A stretch of DNA of 64,000 nucleotides, from the NCBI GenBank assembly GCA_963736005.1, contig CAVTNB010000001.1, forward strand, positions 864,001 to 928,000. Reading direction: 5' to 3'. Origin of the DNA: an uncultured Pseudomonadota bacterium (lineage in GTDB: Bacteria; Vulcanimicrobiota; Vulcanimicrobiia; Eremiobacterales; Eremiobacteraceae). Made by a program: the position numbers and the translations under genes. Below are positions 48,818-58,643 of the stretch, piece by piece; position 1 is the stretch's first letter; every line of letters begins with the position of its first letter. Under the pieces are notes generated by a model. That model was not told where the DNA came from, searched no databases, and saw nothing but the letters and a program-made list of their open reading frames with translations.

Positions 48818-50395
48818 GTGGCCAAGTACGACGCGATCGTTATCGGCGGCGGACATAACGGATTAGTCACCGCGTGCTATCTAGCACGCGCCAATTGGAA
48901 GGTGCTGGTATTAGAGCGGCGCTACATCGTGGGCGGAGCGTGCGTGAGCGAGGAAACCTTCCCAGGTTTCAAAGTCTCTACCGCTGCCTACGTCAATAGC
49001 CTTTTCCGTCCGGAAATCATCCGCGACCTTCGCCTCAAAGATTACGGTTTTGAGCTCTTAGAACGCAGCCCCTCATCATTCTCCCCATTCCCCGACGGCC
49101 GGTATTTGTTGCTGGGGCCGGACCACGACCTCACGCTCCGCGAGATTGCAAAGTTTAGCACCAAAGACGCGGAGAACTATCCAAAATACGAGGCGATGCT
49201 CGAGCGAGTCGCGTCCGTCATCGAGCCGACGCTCGTGCAAACTCCCCCGAATATCGCCAAACCGGGAGTTGGCGATCTGCTCAAGATGGCGCCGCTCGGT
49301 CGCGCGATGCAGAAACTCGGACCGCAAATGAGCGAAGCCATCGAAGTGCTCACCGGACCTGCGCGGCCAATCCTCGACCGCTGGTTCGAATCCGAGGAGC
49401 TCAAAGGGACGCTTGCCACCGACGCGATCATCGGCGCATTTGCTTCCCCCTCAATGCCCGGGACCGCGTACGTCTTGTTCCATCATGTTATGGGGGAAAC
49501 AAATGGCAAGCGGGGGGTGTGGGCTTACGTGAAGGGTGGCATGGGCGGGCTGACTCAGGCTCTCGCCAAAGCGGCTCAAGATCTCGGCGTCGAGATACAG
49601 ACGAATGCAGACGTGCGCAAAATCAACGTGCGTAATGGCCGGGTGACCGGAGTAACGCTTGCAAGCGGAGATGAGTTTGCCGCGGCGCGCGTCGCGAGCG
49701 GCGTCGATTGCAACGTGACGTTCAACCACCTGCTCGACGAGCAGGCGGTTCCACCGGGGTTCCTCGCAGCGATTCGGCGCATCGACTACAGCAGCGCTTC
49801 GATGAAGATCAACGTGGCGCTCTCCGCGCTCCCGAATTTCACGGCGTGCCCGGGCAGCGAACCGGGGCCGCAGCACCATGGTACCGTTCATCTGGTTCCT
49901 GACCAGGACTTCATCGAGCGTGGCTACGATGATGCAAAATATGGCCGCCCATCGCGAGACCCGATTGTGGAAATGTGCCTTCCGTCCGCCGTCGATCCAA
50001 GCGTCGCGCCACCTGGCAAACACCTGGCCTCGATGTTCGTGCAGTACGCACCCTACAAACTCGCGGACGGGACTTGGGAACAGCACAAGGACGCCTTCGC
50101 AGATCGATGCTTTGAGATCGTCGAGCAGTACGCGCCTGGTTTTCGTGCCTCAGTCATCGATCGGCAGGTACTGAGTCCGGTTGATCTGGAGCGCACCTTC
50201 AATCTAACTGGCGGCAATATTTTTCAGGGCTCGATGGCGTTGCACCAATTGTTCATGTTTCGTCCCGTGCCAGGTTATGCGGGGTACCGCACGCCGCTTC
50301 GAGGGTTGTACCTGTGCGGTGCCGCCGCGCACCCGGGCGGTGGCGTGATGGGCGCTTCGGGTTGGAACGCTGCGCGAGAGATGCTGAAGCGCTAA
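48818..50395 (+). CDS. Phytoene-desaturase-like FAD oxidoreductase (PYROXD2-like)
   Basis: IGGGHNGL...LERR..VGGA, GGMGGL, GGNIFQG, LYLCGAAAHPGGGV. Confidence 0.9.
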   Translation: MAKYDAIVIGGGHNGLVTACYLARANWKVLVLERRYIVGGACVSEETFPGFKVSTAAYVNSLFRPEIIRDLRLKDYGFELLERSPSSFSPFPDGRYLLLGPDHDLTLREIAKFSTKDAENYPKYEAMLERVASVIEPTLVQTPPNIAKPGVGDLLKMAPLGRAMQKLGPQMSEAIEVLTGPARPILDRWFESEELKGTLATDAIIGAFASPSMPGTAYVLFHHVMGETNGKRGVWAYVKGGMGGLTQALAKAAQDLGVEIQTNADVRKINVRNGRVTGVTLASGDEFAAARVASGVDCNVTFNHLLDEQAVPPGFLAAIRRIDYSSASMKINVALSALPNFTACPGSEPGPQHHGTVHLVPDQDFIERGYDDAKYGRPSRDPIVEMCLPSAVDPSVAPPGKHLASMFVQYAPYKLADGTWEQHKDAFADRCFEIVEQYAPGFRASVIDRQVLSPVDLERTFNLTGGNIFQGSMALHQLFMFRPVPGYAGYRTPLRGLYLCGAAAHPGGGVMGASGWNAAREMLKR

Positions 50396-50404
50396 AGTCG
50401 TGCG

Positions 50405-51256
50405 TTGAAAAAGCTGATCGTCACGGGAGACGACTTCGGCGCCGCCACCTCAGTGAATGAGGCAATAGAGCTTGCCCACCGCTCCGGCATCCTGACTACG
50501 ACCTGCCTCATGATGGGCGGAGCGGTCGTCGACGATGCGGTGTTTCGAGCCAAGCGTATGCCGGCGCTGAAAGTGGGCTTGCATGTCGCGGTGGTCGATG
50601 CACGACCCGTGCTCGATCCACGCTCGATTCCACTCTTGGTCAACGAACGTGGAGAGTTTTCAAGAAGGCTCGTCCGAAGCGGCTTATCCTTCTTCTTCAA
50701 CCCAGAAGTACGGCGCCAACTCGCGGCGGAGATTCGCGCGCAGTTCGAGGCATTTCGCGCAACCGGCCTCACCCTGGATCACGTCAATGGCCATAACCAC
50801 ATGCACATCCATCCGACCGTGCTCGATCTCATCATTGACATTGGGCGCGATTTTGGCGTTAGGGCTGTACGGCTTCCGTACGAACCATTTCTGCCCACCT
50901 GGCAAGCAACGCACACAGATCTCGTCGGGAGATTTGGAACTGGTGTCTTGCTCTTGCCGATGCTCGGCTTGATGCGACATCGACTGCGGCGCGCGAAGCT
51001 CGCTTTCAATGACTATCTCTTTGGGATCAGCGACACCGGCGGCATGACGAGCGAGCGAGTGTTGCAGCTGATTTCACATCTGCCTGACGGCGTGAGCGAG
51101 ATGCATTTTCATCCCGCCACAGGACACTGGCCCGGTATGCAGGCGCAGGCGCGCTGCCAAGAGGAGCTTGCCGCTCTCACAAATGTTGACGTCGCTTTGG
51201 CCATCAAGCATCGAGGTATTAAGATGACGACCTTCGGAGAGCTTGGGGCGGCGTGA
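50405..51256 (+). CDS. hpnK: Hopanoid biosynthesis-associated YdjC-family deacetylase
   Basis: TGDDFG, GLHV, QFEAFRATGLTLDHVNGHNHMHIHP, FHPA. Confidence 0.85.
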   Translation: MKKLIVTGDDFGAATSVNEAIELAHRSGILTTTCLMMGGAVVDDAVFRAKRMPALKVGLHVAVVDARPVLDPRSIPLLVNERGEFSRRLVRSGLSFFFNPEVRRQLAAEIRAQFEAFRATGLTLDHVNGHNHMHIHPTVLDLIIDIGRDFGVRAVRLPYEPFLPTWQATHTDLVGRFGTGVLLLPMLGLMRHRLRRAKLAFNDYLFGISDTGGMTSERVLQLISHLPDGVSEMHFHPATGHWPGMQAQARCQEELAALTNVDVALAIKHRGIKMTTFGELGAA

Positions 51257-52413
51257 TGGCCGCCCTCGACGCGCCATTGCTGCCCATTCTGAGAAGTCTC
51301 TGTCTGGCAGCGAGCCTCGCCGGCATTGCATACCTGGGCTTTGCAACGCTGCGTCTTTTGGCTTTTGCTCGCAAAGAAAAGCAGCCGAAGGGCGCTTTTT
51401 CGCCGGGCGTTACGGTTCTCAAACCGTTGTACGGTGCTGAACCGCAGCTGTTTGAGAATCTCAGCTCGTTTTGCGATCAAGACTACGAGCGATTTCAGGT
51501 GATTTTCGGGGTTCGCGACGCGGACGACCCCGCGGTTGCCACCGTCAAAGAGGTCATCGAGCGATTCCCTAACCGAGATCTCTTCCTGTGCGTCGACCCG
51601 CGCGCTCGAGGCGTCAATCTGAAGATTGCCAACGTCATCAACATGATGGAGCATACCAAACATGATGTTGTTTTCGTCGCCGACAGCGACACTCGCGTCG
51701 ATCGGGAATATCTTCGTTCGATGGTTGCTCCCTTTGCGAACCCGGCCGTTGGGGCGGTCACCTGCCTTTATCGCGGGGTGCCGGTTGCGGGCTCCGTGGC
51801 GGCATTGGGTGCACTCTTCATCAACGATCAATTCGTTCCAGCCGTGCTCGTTGCCATCGCCCTTTCGCCCATGGACTTCTGTTTGGGCGCTACCATGGCA
51901 GTGGCGCGCAGCGCGCTTGATAAGATCGGCGGCTTCGAATCGCTTGCATCGTTTCTTGCGGACGATCGCATGCTCGGCCGGAAAGTACGGGAGCATGGAT
52001 TCGATGTCGTCTTGAACTCTTACGTCGTGGAACACGACGTCGTCGAGCGCAACCTCGCGAGCCTGTGGGCTCACGAGCTGCGCTGGGCCCGCACGATGTT
52101 CTCCGCTCGCCCGGCCGGTTACGCATTTTCTTTCATTATGTACGCTGTGCCGATGTCGCTTCTCTATTGGGCCGTCTCCCGTGACCTTATTGGCGGCGCC
52201 CTGCTAACGGGCGTGGCCCTCGGACTTCGCTTTGGGCTTCATTACGCCGCGCGGCGAGCATTGCGGATTAGGTCAGCGGATAGCCCATGGTTGATTCCGT
52301 TGCGCGACCTGCTTGGACTCTGCGTCTGGGTGGCAACATTTTTCGGACGAGGTGTGCGCTGGAGAGACCAGGATTTTATGATCGATTCGGCCGGCCGAAT
52401 GGAGAGGCGTTGA
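51253..52413 (+). CDS. hpnI: Hopanoid glucosaminyltransferase-like GT2
   Basis: VTVLKPLYG, NLKIANV, ADSD, GAVTCLY, LADD, HELRWART. Confidence 0.85.
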   Translation: MMAALDAPLLPILRSLCLAASLAGIAYLGFATLRLLAFARKEKQPKGAFSPGVTVLKPLYGAEPQLFENLSSFCDQDYERFQVIFGVRDADDPAVATVKEVIERFPNRDLFLCVDPRARGVNLKIANVINMMEHTKHDVVFVADSDTRVDREYLRSMVAPFANPAVGAVTCLYRGVPVAGSVAALGALFINDQFVPAVLVAIALSPMDFCLGATMAVARSALDKIGGFESLASFLADDRMLGRKVREHGFDVVLNSYVVEHDVVERNLASLWAHELRWARTMFSARPAGYAFSFIMYAVPMSLLYWAVSRDLIGGALLTGVALGLRFGLHYAARRALRIRSADSPWLIPLRDLLGLCVWVATFFGRGVRWRDQDFMIDSAGRMERR

Positions 52414-55400
52414 TGAGGATGCAAGAAATGCGCGCGAATAAATTCGCGCCACTACATTGCCTGATTCTCGTGTTACTCGTGTGCGCTGCGCCGGCCTTGG
52501 CGTACGATCCGGTCAGCCTTGTCGATCCTCTCATTGGTACGTCCGGCAATTTCACCGACGGCCCCAGCGATACGTTTCCAGGCGCCGACGCACCCTTTGG
52601 CTTGGTACAGTGGAGCCCGGATACCACATCGCAACCGCCGGGCGGCGGTTACCTTTATGGTGATAGTCAAATCACCGGCTTCACTCTTACGCACCTGAGC
52701 GGAGCCGGCTGTCCGGTCTTCGGCGACATCGGCATCTTGCCCACGATCGGCCCCATTGCCGACCCTGCCGATGCCAAGCAGCCCTTCACGCACGTGACCG
52801 AAAATGCGGCGCCGGGCTATTACGCCATCATGCTTGGCCAACCTGGAATCATGAGTCGGCTCACAGTAACCACACGCTCGGGTTTAGGCAGCTTTACTTT
52901 TCCCGCAACACCACAAGCCAACATCTTGATCAATGCGGGGTCGAACCAAGCCGGTGTTGCGGGCGCGTCAGTCAGGTTTGTCAGCGATCAAGAGATCGTC
53001 GGCTCTGCGACGGCGGGATGGTTCTGCGGCATGCCCGGAAGCTATACAGTTTATTTTGCGCTGCGCTTCAATCGCCCGTTCTTGACATACGGTACCTGGC
53101 TCGGCAATCAAGTGACCGCACAAAGCGGACAATCGAGCGGCACCCGGGCCGGTTCTTGGGTCACCTTCGATACGACCCAGCAGCAAACGGTCAAGGTCCA
53201 GGCCGCCATTTCGTTTGTGAGCATCGATGGCGCGCTTGGGAATTTGCGCAGCGAAGCGAGGACATGGGATGTCGACGCGGTTGCCGCCGCGACTGGGCGT
53301 GCGTGGCGCGACGAACTGAATCGCATTACGGTCGAGGGTGGTACGCCCGTACAACGACGGGTCTTCTACTCGGCGCTCTATCACGCGATGCTTCATCCGA
53401 ATATCTTCAGCGACAGCGATGGCCAATATCGCGGATTCGACGGTCGCGTGCACCGAGTAGACGGCGGTCACGTTGAGTACGCCACATTTTCGGGCTGGGA
53501 TGTCTATCGCACGCAGATTCCTCTTGTTGCCATGCTCGATCCGCAACGGGCCAGCGATATGATGCGCTCACTCGTGCATGCGGCACAGCAGAGCGGATGG
53601 CTGCCCAAGTGGTCCCTCGTCAACGTGGAGAGCGCAGTGATGGGTGGCGACCCTTCAGATCCCATCATTGCCGGCGCGTACGCGTTTGGCGCGCGAGATT
53701 TTGACGCACGCAGCGCGCTCGCGGCGATGGTCAAAGGCGCAACGCAACCGAGTGGCGTGCCGGGCCAGGGCTGGTACATCCAACGGCCGGGGCTGGCCGA
53801 GTACCAGGACCGAGGTTATGTGGTGAACGATCACACGACAAATGTCGCCCCCGTTGCCAATGGAGCGTCGCTCACGTTGGAGTACGCCCTTGACGATTTT
53901 TCCATCGCAGAGCTGGCGAAAGCGCTCGGCAACGGCCAAACCTTTCGCGAGATGATGGTGCGCGCACAGAATTGGTCGAACATCTTCGATGGATCTACCG
54001 GGCTCATTGCGCCACGCGACCGTGACGGAGCTTTCATGCAGACACCGCTAACCTTAAATGGTCAAAGCGGTTTCCAGGAAGGTAATGCTGCGCAGTACAC
54101 GTGGATGGTACCGCAAAACATGGCTGCACTGGTGAGCGCCATGGGCGGACCCGCCGTGGCGAACACTCGATTAGACGATTTCTTTACGCAACTCGATGCT
54201 GGGCAAGACAAACCCTATGCCTGGTTGGGGAACGAACCGACCATCGGAAGTCCTTGGGCCTACCTCAGCGCAGGCACACCATGGAAAGCCCAGCGCGTGA
54301 TTCGTGACGCAATGACACAACTGTGGGGCGATACGCCGGACGGCATCCCTGGCAACGATGACCTTGGAACCATGAGCGCTTGGTACGTCTGGTGCGCCCT
54401 CGGCCTGTATCCGCAGAATCCGGCCGCCGCGGTGCTCGACATCGGCGCACCGATTTTTAGTCACATCGTTATCTCAGGACCAAGAGCGACACGAATCACG
54501 ATCGACGCTCCGCAGGCTTCTACCGACGATGCCTACGTGGAGTCCTTGCGAGTGAATGGCAAATCTTGGCCGCGCAGTTGGATTGCTTTTGCCCCTCACA
54601 ATCCTTTGCGCCTGGACTTTACGCTTGGCAACACGCCGAATACCCGGTGGGCGGTATCTTCCAAGGACGCACCACCATCTTATGCTCTGGGGCCCGTGCG
54701 CATCCCCGCCTCTACGCTTGCGAACTTTTCTCTGGACACCCAACAGCTGGAAATTCAACCGGGGGAATCGAGCGCGTTGAGTTTTTCCGTGAACAACCCA
54801 GTTGGTGCGTCAAGCACCACTCTTGAGTGGCGCGCGATTGTGCCAGCGGGTTTGAGTCTTGTCGCGTCGAGTGGAAGCACAACTCTAGGACCCGGTCAAA
54901 CAAGCAGAGCAGCAGAGCACCTGAGCGTCGACGCGGCGACATCACCTGGGCTTTACGACGTTTCGATCGTGGGAAACGGCAATGGTGGCGCGCTCGTGCA
55001 TCGCGCGACCACAGTCGTGCGGGTAGCACGTCCTGGGCAGAGACTTGCGCTTACATACGTTACGAATTTTTTTGACGACTCAATCGTTGCCGTCGATTGG
55101 CAGACGCTCGCGTTCGGTGTGCCGATACCAGTGGCGCAGTATCCACGCGATGTGGCGCTGAGCCCTGATGGCATGCGCGCATATGTCGCCGACGAAGGAG
55201 CTAACGAAGTGAGTGTCGTCGATCTTGCGACGAGCTCGGTTATATCTACAATCCACGTTGGCGGCGGTCCGTGGGGGATCCGGGTCGCGCCGGACGGCCG
55301 CACGGCGTGGGTTGCGAACAACGCGGACAACAGCGTGCAGCCAATCGACACCGCAACCCTCGCCGCTGGAGCACCGATTCACGTCGGTTTGGCTCCAGGC

Positions 55401-55919
55401 GATCTTGCGATCACGCCAGACGGGACCACACTCTTTGTTGCCGATCAAAACTCAAGCGATGTGACGCCCGTCGACCTTCGCACGCGAACGGCTATGGCGC
55501 CGATTCCTGTTGGCGCACGCCCACGTGGACTCGCCGTGACTCCTGACGGCAAAACCTTATTCGTGAGCAACATGGGATCGAATTCGGTAACCCCAATCGA
55601 TGTCACGACGCAACGGGCCGGCACACCAATCGCGGTCGGCGTCGCACCGCGTGGTCTGGCAGTCTCTCCCGATGGCCGCTGGCTGTATGTTAGCAACTTT
55701 GGGACGAATGATGTCACGCCCATCAATGTCGCGACTCGTGTCGCGGGCAAGCCCATTTCGGTTGGTCTTAATCCAACGGCCGTAACCTTCGATCCGACCG
55801 GCAGCGTCGCCATCGTTGCGCAATCTGGTGACAATGACTGCGTCGTCATCAACGTGCAGACTCAAACGGTGAGCGCGCCCATTGCCGTGGGCACGCGGCC
55901 GACGGCGATCGCACGTTAG
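52413..55919 (+). CDS. Secreted GH92 alpha-mannosidase fused to an Ig-like domain and a YVTN beta-propeller
   Basis: PFGLVQWSPDT, THLSGAGC, FSGWDVYR, FQEGN, GNEP, PGNDDLGTMSAW; about seven IPVG..P.G.A.TPDG repeats. TGATG coupling to hpnI. Confidence 0.9.
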   Translation: MRMQEMRANKFAPLHCLILVLLVCAAPALAYDPVSLVDPLIGTSGNFTDGPSDTFPGADAPFGLVQWSPDTTSQPPGGGYLYGDSQITGFTLTHLSGAGCPVFGDIGILPTIGPIADPADAKQPFTHVTENAAPGYYAIMLGQPGIMSRLTVTTRSGLGSFTFPATPQANILINAGSNQAGVAGASVRFVSDQEIVGSATAGWFCGMPGSYTVYFALRFNRPFLTYGTWLGNQVTAQSGQSSGTRAGSWVTFDTTQQQTVKVQAAISFVSIDGALGNLRSEARTWDVDAVAAATGRAWRDELNRITVEGGTPVQRRVFYSALYHAMLHPNIFSDSDGQYRGFDGRVHRVDGGHVEYATFSGWDVYRTQIPLVAMLDPQRASDMMRSLVHAAQQSGWLPKWSLVNVESAVMGGDPSDPIIAGAYAFGARDFDARSALAAMVKGATQPSGVPGQGWYIQRPGLAEYQDRGYVVNDHTTNVAPVANGASLTLEYALDDFSIAELAKALGNGQTFREMMVRAQNWSNIFDGSTGLIAPRDRDGAFMQTPLTLNGQSGFQEGNAAQYTWMVPQNMAALVSAMGGPAVANTRLDDFFTQLDAGQDKPYAWLGNEPTIGSPWAYLSAGTPWKAQRVIRDAMTQLWGDTPDGIPGNDDLGTMSAWYVWCALGLYPQNPAAAVLDIGAPIFSHIVISGPRATRITIDAPQASTDDAYVESLRVNGKSWPRSWIAFAPHNPLRLDFTLGNTPNTRWAVSSKDAPPSYALGPVRIPASTLANFSLDTQQLEIQPGESSALSFSVNNPVGASSTTLEWRAIVPAGLSLVASSGSTTLGPGQTSRAAEHLSVDAATSPGLYDVSIVGNGNGGALVHRATTVVRVARPGQRLALTYVTNFFDDSIVAVDWQTLAFGVPIPVAQYPRDVALSPDGMRAYVADEGANEVSVVDLATSSVISTIHVGGGPWGIRVAPDGRTAWVANNADNSVQPIDTATLAAGAPIHVGLAPGDLAITPDGTTLFVADQNSSDVTPVDLRTRTAMAPIPVGARPRGLAVTPDGKTLFVSNMGSNSVTPIDVTTQRAGTPIAVGVAPRGLAVSPDGRWLYVSNFGTNDVTPINVATRVAGKPISVGLNPTAVTFDPTGSVAIVAQSGDNDCVVINVQTQTVSAPIAVGTRPTAIAR
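52431..52455 (-). repeat. REP family D inside the GH92 N-terminal coding region
   Basis: GTAGT-GGCGCGAA-TTTA-TTCGCGCG; read on + as RANKFAPL. Confidence 0.8.
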
Positions 55920-55925
55920 ACGTTT

Positions 55926-55979
55926 GGGCGACTTGACAGTCGCCGCTATCGGCACGCGCGAAGAAATTCGCGCGACTAC
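55926..55979 (-). repeat. REP doublet (D + B)
   Basis: D at 55955-55979; B at 55926-55949. Confidence 0.88.
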
Positions 55980-58579
55980 ATTTTCGCCGCGGGGACCATT
56001 TGGCGAGCATCCAGTGCGCGCGACACTACGTCCTGCAGGCTCGCGAGGTGCGCACTCGTCATCTCGTCAAGGTTCGATCGCCCCATCGCCGTCTTGAGGT
56101 TTGCACGGAGATCGACGAGCTCGGCTCGGGCCATCGACTGCGCATCAAAGGGCGTTCCCGCTTCCGGTGCGAGCCAAATTTGCACGAGTTTTCGCGCGTA
56201 CCACTGCTGGGTGGCACGATGAACCTGGCCGATGCTGCGCAACCTGGGATCGTGCAAATCTCCAAACAGCGAGGTTTGCGTCCAGTCGAAGAGATCGGTC
56301 AAACTCATCGTTGCGCCAGGCTTCGCCTTCAACGACAAGTCATTGAGCCGTTCTAGCATGAGCGGTTGGAACATCGTTGTGAGTTCTTGCTGCGCGATCC
56401 CCGCTGCGATTTCGGCGATGGGGATATCATGGCGCGGCAGAGGGTTGTATGCCCAGGCTGCACCCGGGGATGTTTCCCATTCGGAATAGACCATACGGTT
56501 CAGCGTCGCCGGTGAAAAGCTCCAAGCGCCATCGGAGAAAATATAGTTGTCGAGCAAGTGAAACGCTCGAAGCTCGTCGGTGCGCGGCACCTGGACAAGC
56601 GGTGGGCTTGCACCAGGATCGCCTGGATACGAGCGAGACAAGTATTCCCCACCAATATAGTGTTCAGGCCACGTTGCGGCGATCGTATAGACCTGCGCAA
56701 AGATGGCGCCAAAGGCTGCACGCTCCTGGTCGTAAGAGTTGCCCGGCTGAGGCCAGTGCTGGTCCAAACTCGAGAAGAGATCGTGCGAGAGCTTGAGCTG
56801 AGTTTCGCCCCAGCTCAGCGGATCGTTCGTCAAATCCCACTGGGCAACGCGCGGATCGATCGCGTGGCCGCTGCCGTAGTCGACGTCTTCATCGCTCGCG
56901 AAGCGAAACAGCGGGTTCGTCCATTCGCTTGCCCAGCGGTTCAGAGTTGGAACCTCGTCTTGCGGCGAGCGCGCTCCCGGAACGCGAGCGTAGCCCCAAT
57001 GAATCGCATGATAGTCATACGGCCCAAGGGCGGTTTGCCAATAGGTTCCTTGCGGGTAGCCTTTCGGCCACAGATTCAGAGGCGCGTATTCCATCACGGA
57101 CGTCGCGACACCGTATTTCTCAGTGAACGACTTGCTCTGCAGCTCTTTCGCGCTGTAGGCCATCGAGCCGATAAAATTGTGCTGCAATCCAAAGCCGTGC
57201 CCCGACTCATGCACGACGAATGACTGCATCAATTGATCGTTGTACTGCGCGAGCGCCGAACCGGTCAACGGATGACCCATGGCGGCGAGCGCGATTCTGC
57301 CGAATGTGGCTTGCTGCCTTTTGCCCTGGGCGTATTCCTCATCGCGCCCTGCAAGGGCGATGCCCGCGCCACCTGCGGTTGGCTGCGTGAGGAACTGCCA
57401 CGAGGCATTCGAGAAGGACATGACGTCGGCGTCAATCACGATGTTCGTGCGAATTTCTTGACCGGTGCGCGGATCCCAGATTTGACTTTCGGCTGCGTAG
57501 CCACCCGAATTTGACTGTGTAAGCCAGATGATCGTGTTGTAGCGGACGTCATCAGGATCCCAGTTGGGATCGTTCGGTTGGTCCTTCACTTGCACGGCAT
57601 CGCTAATGCCAATCCTCTCGAAAGCAGCATTCCACCTGAGGATGCCTTTGCGGATCGAATCCCGGTACTGCGTCGGAACGTTGTCTGACATGTAGTAGAT
57701 CATAGGATGTTTTGCGGGTGACATCGGCTTGCTTGGATCCGACGGCTGCATGTTCCAACGCACGACATACCGGTTAAGACGCGTGTATTTTGCATCCGTG
57801 GCGAAGTTGAGAAACGCAGAATCGAAAAACCCTACGCGAGAGTCGGCGAGCCGCGGTGTGTAGTCGCCGTCATTCGGGGGCTGCACGATGTTGTAGGCAA
57901 TACGAATTCCAAGCGAGCGCGGGTCTGGCACGTTGTCAATGGTTTGGGGATCATCGCAGGCCCAGGTTTGATCGGCCGTGATGATGACGTTGTCTGGAAA
58001 TGCCTTGGTTGGGCCGAACAGGGTGCGATCTGAATCGAGCCGATACATTTGTTCTGGATCTGGGCCGGTAACCGTTTTGAGGACCGCCGCGAGATCGTAG
58101 ACGTCTCCGAGGAAGAACGAGGCATCGAACACGAGGTGGCCGCTCACCGCATCGGTCGCAACGATCGGGGCAACGCCAACGACTGAATTTGCGAAAGTAC
58201 GCTTAATGGCGCGTTGTGCTGGATCGTTGCCGGGAGCGATAAAGTAGGTATTTGGCAATGTCACGACGATCTTGTTGTCGCTCTTGCTGAAACGGATGAT
58301 CCGAGCAAAGGATGTGATGCCGCCGGGAATGACGTTCCAACCGCCGATGCCATTCACTTGTTCGGCGCTGGCGATAAAATCTTGGTCAAGCTGCGACGGC
58401 GCGATTTCTATGTAAACCTTGCCGTCCTTACGGATAATATTGAAGAGACCGTTTTGGACTTGCGCGCCGGCAACGAATGTCGCGTACGCGGCGGGAGCGG
58501 AACTATCGTCGGCGCGGGCGATGGACGGCAGCACGATAAGCAATGCAACGAGCGTTCCAAACCAGCGGGTCGACTTCAC
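55976..58579 (-). CDS. Secreted metzincin metalloprotease (DUF5117/DUF4953 type), paralog 1
   Basis: PRLADSRVGFF, HESGHGFGLQHNF, SVMEY Met-turn, GPYDYHAI; AGGAGG RBS and GTG start. Confidence 0.92.
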   Translation of the reverse strand: MKSTRWFGTLVALLIVLPSIARADDSSAPAAYATFVAGAQVQNGLFNIIRKDGKVYIEIAPSQLDQDFIASAEQVNGIGGWNVIPGGITSFARIIRFSKSDNKIVVTLPNTYFIAPGNDPAQRAIKRTFANSVVGVAPIVATDAVSGHLVFDASFFLGDVYDLAAVLKTVTGPDPEQMYRLDSDRTLFGPTKAFPDNVIITADQTWACDDPQTIDNVPDPRSLGIRIAYNIVQPPNDGDYTPRLADSRVGFFDSAFLNFATDAKYTRLNRYVVRWNMQPSDPSKPMSPAKHPMIYYMSDNVPTQYRDSIRKGILRWNAAFERIGISDAVQVKDQPNDPNWDPDDVRYNTIIWLTQSNSGGYAAESQIWDPRTGQEIRTNIVIDADVMSFSNASWQFLTQPTAGGAGIALAGRDEEYAQGKRQQATFGRIALAAMGHPLTGSALAQYNDQLMQSFVVHESGHGFGLQHNFIGSMAYSAKELQSKSFTEKYGVATSVMEYAPLNLWPKGYPQGTYWQTALGPYDYHAIHWGYARVPGARSPQDEVPTLNRWASEWTNPLFRFASDEDVDYGSGHAIDPRVAQWDLTNDPLSWGETQLKLSHDLFSSLDQHWPQPGNSYDQERAAFGAIFAQVYTIAATWPEHYIGGEYLSRSYPGDPGASPPLVQVPRTDELRAFHLLDNYIFSDGAWSFSPATLNRMVYSEWETSPGAAWAYNPLPRHDIPIAEIAAGIAQQELTTMFQPLMLERLNDLSLKAKPGATMSLTDLFDWTQTSLFGDLHDPRLRSIGQVHRATQQWYARKLVQIWLAPEAGTPFDAQSMARAELVDLRANLKTAMGRSNLDEMTSAHLASLQDVVSRALDARQMVPAAKM

Positions 58580-58594
58580 GAAGGCCTCCTTAAT

Positions 58595-58643
58595 GGGCGA
58601 CTTGACGGTCGCTCGCCACGCGCGAATAAATTCGCGCGACTAC
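58595..58643 (-). repeat. REP doublet (D + B)
   Basis: D at 58619-58643; B at 58595-58619. Confidence 0.88.

Noticed and set aside
48818..50395. Calling this gene or 63069-64000 crtI or hpnE
   Set aside because: Motifs support only the broad phytoene-desaturase-like family; the substrate cannot be assigned.
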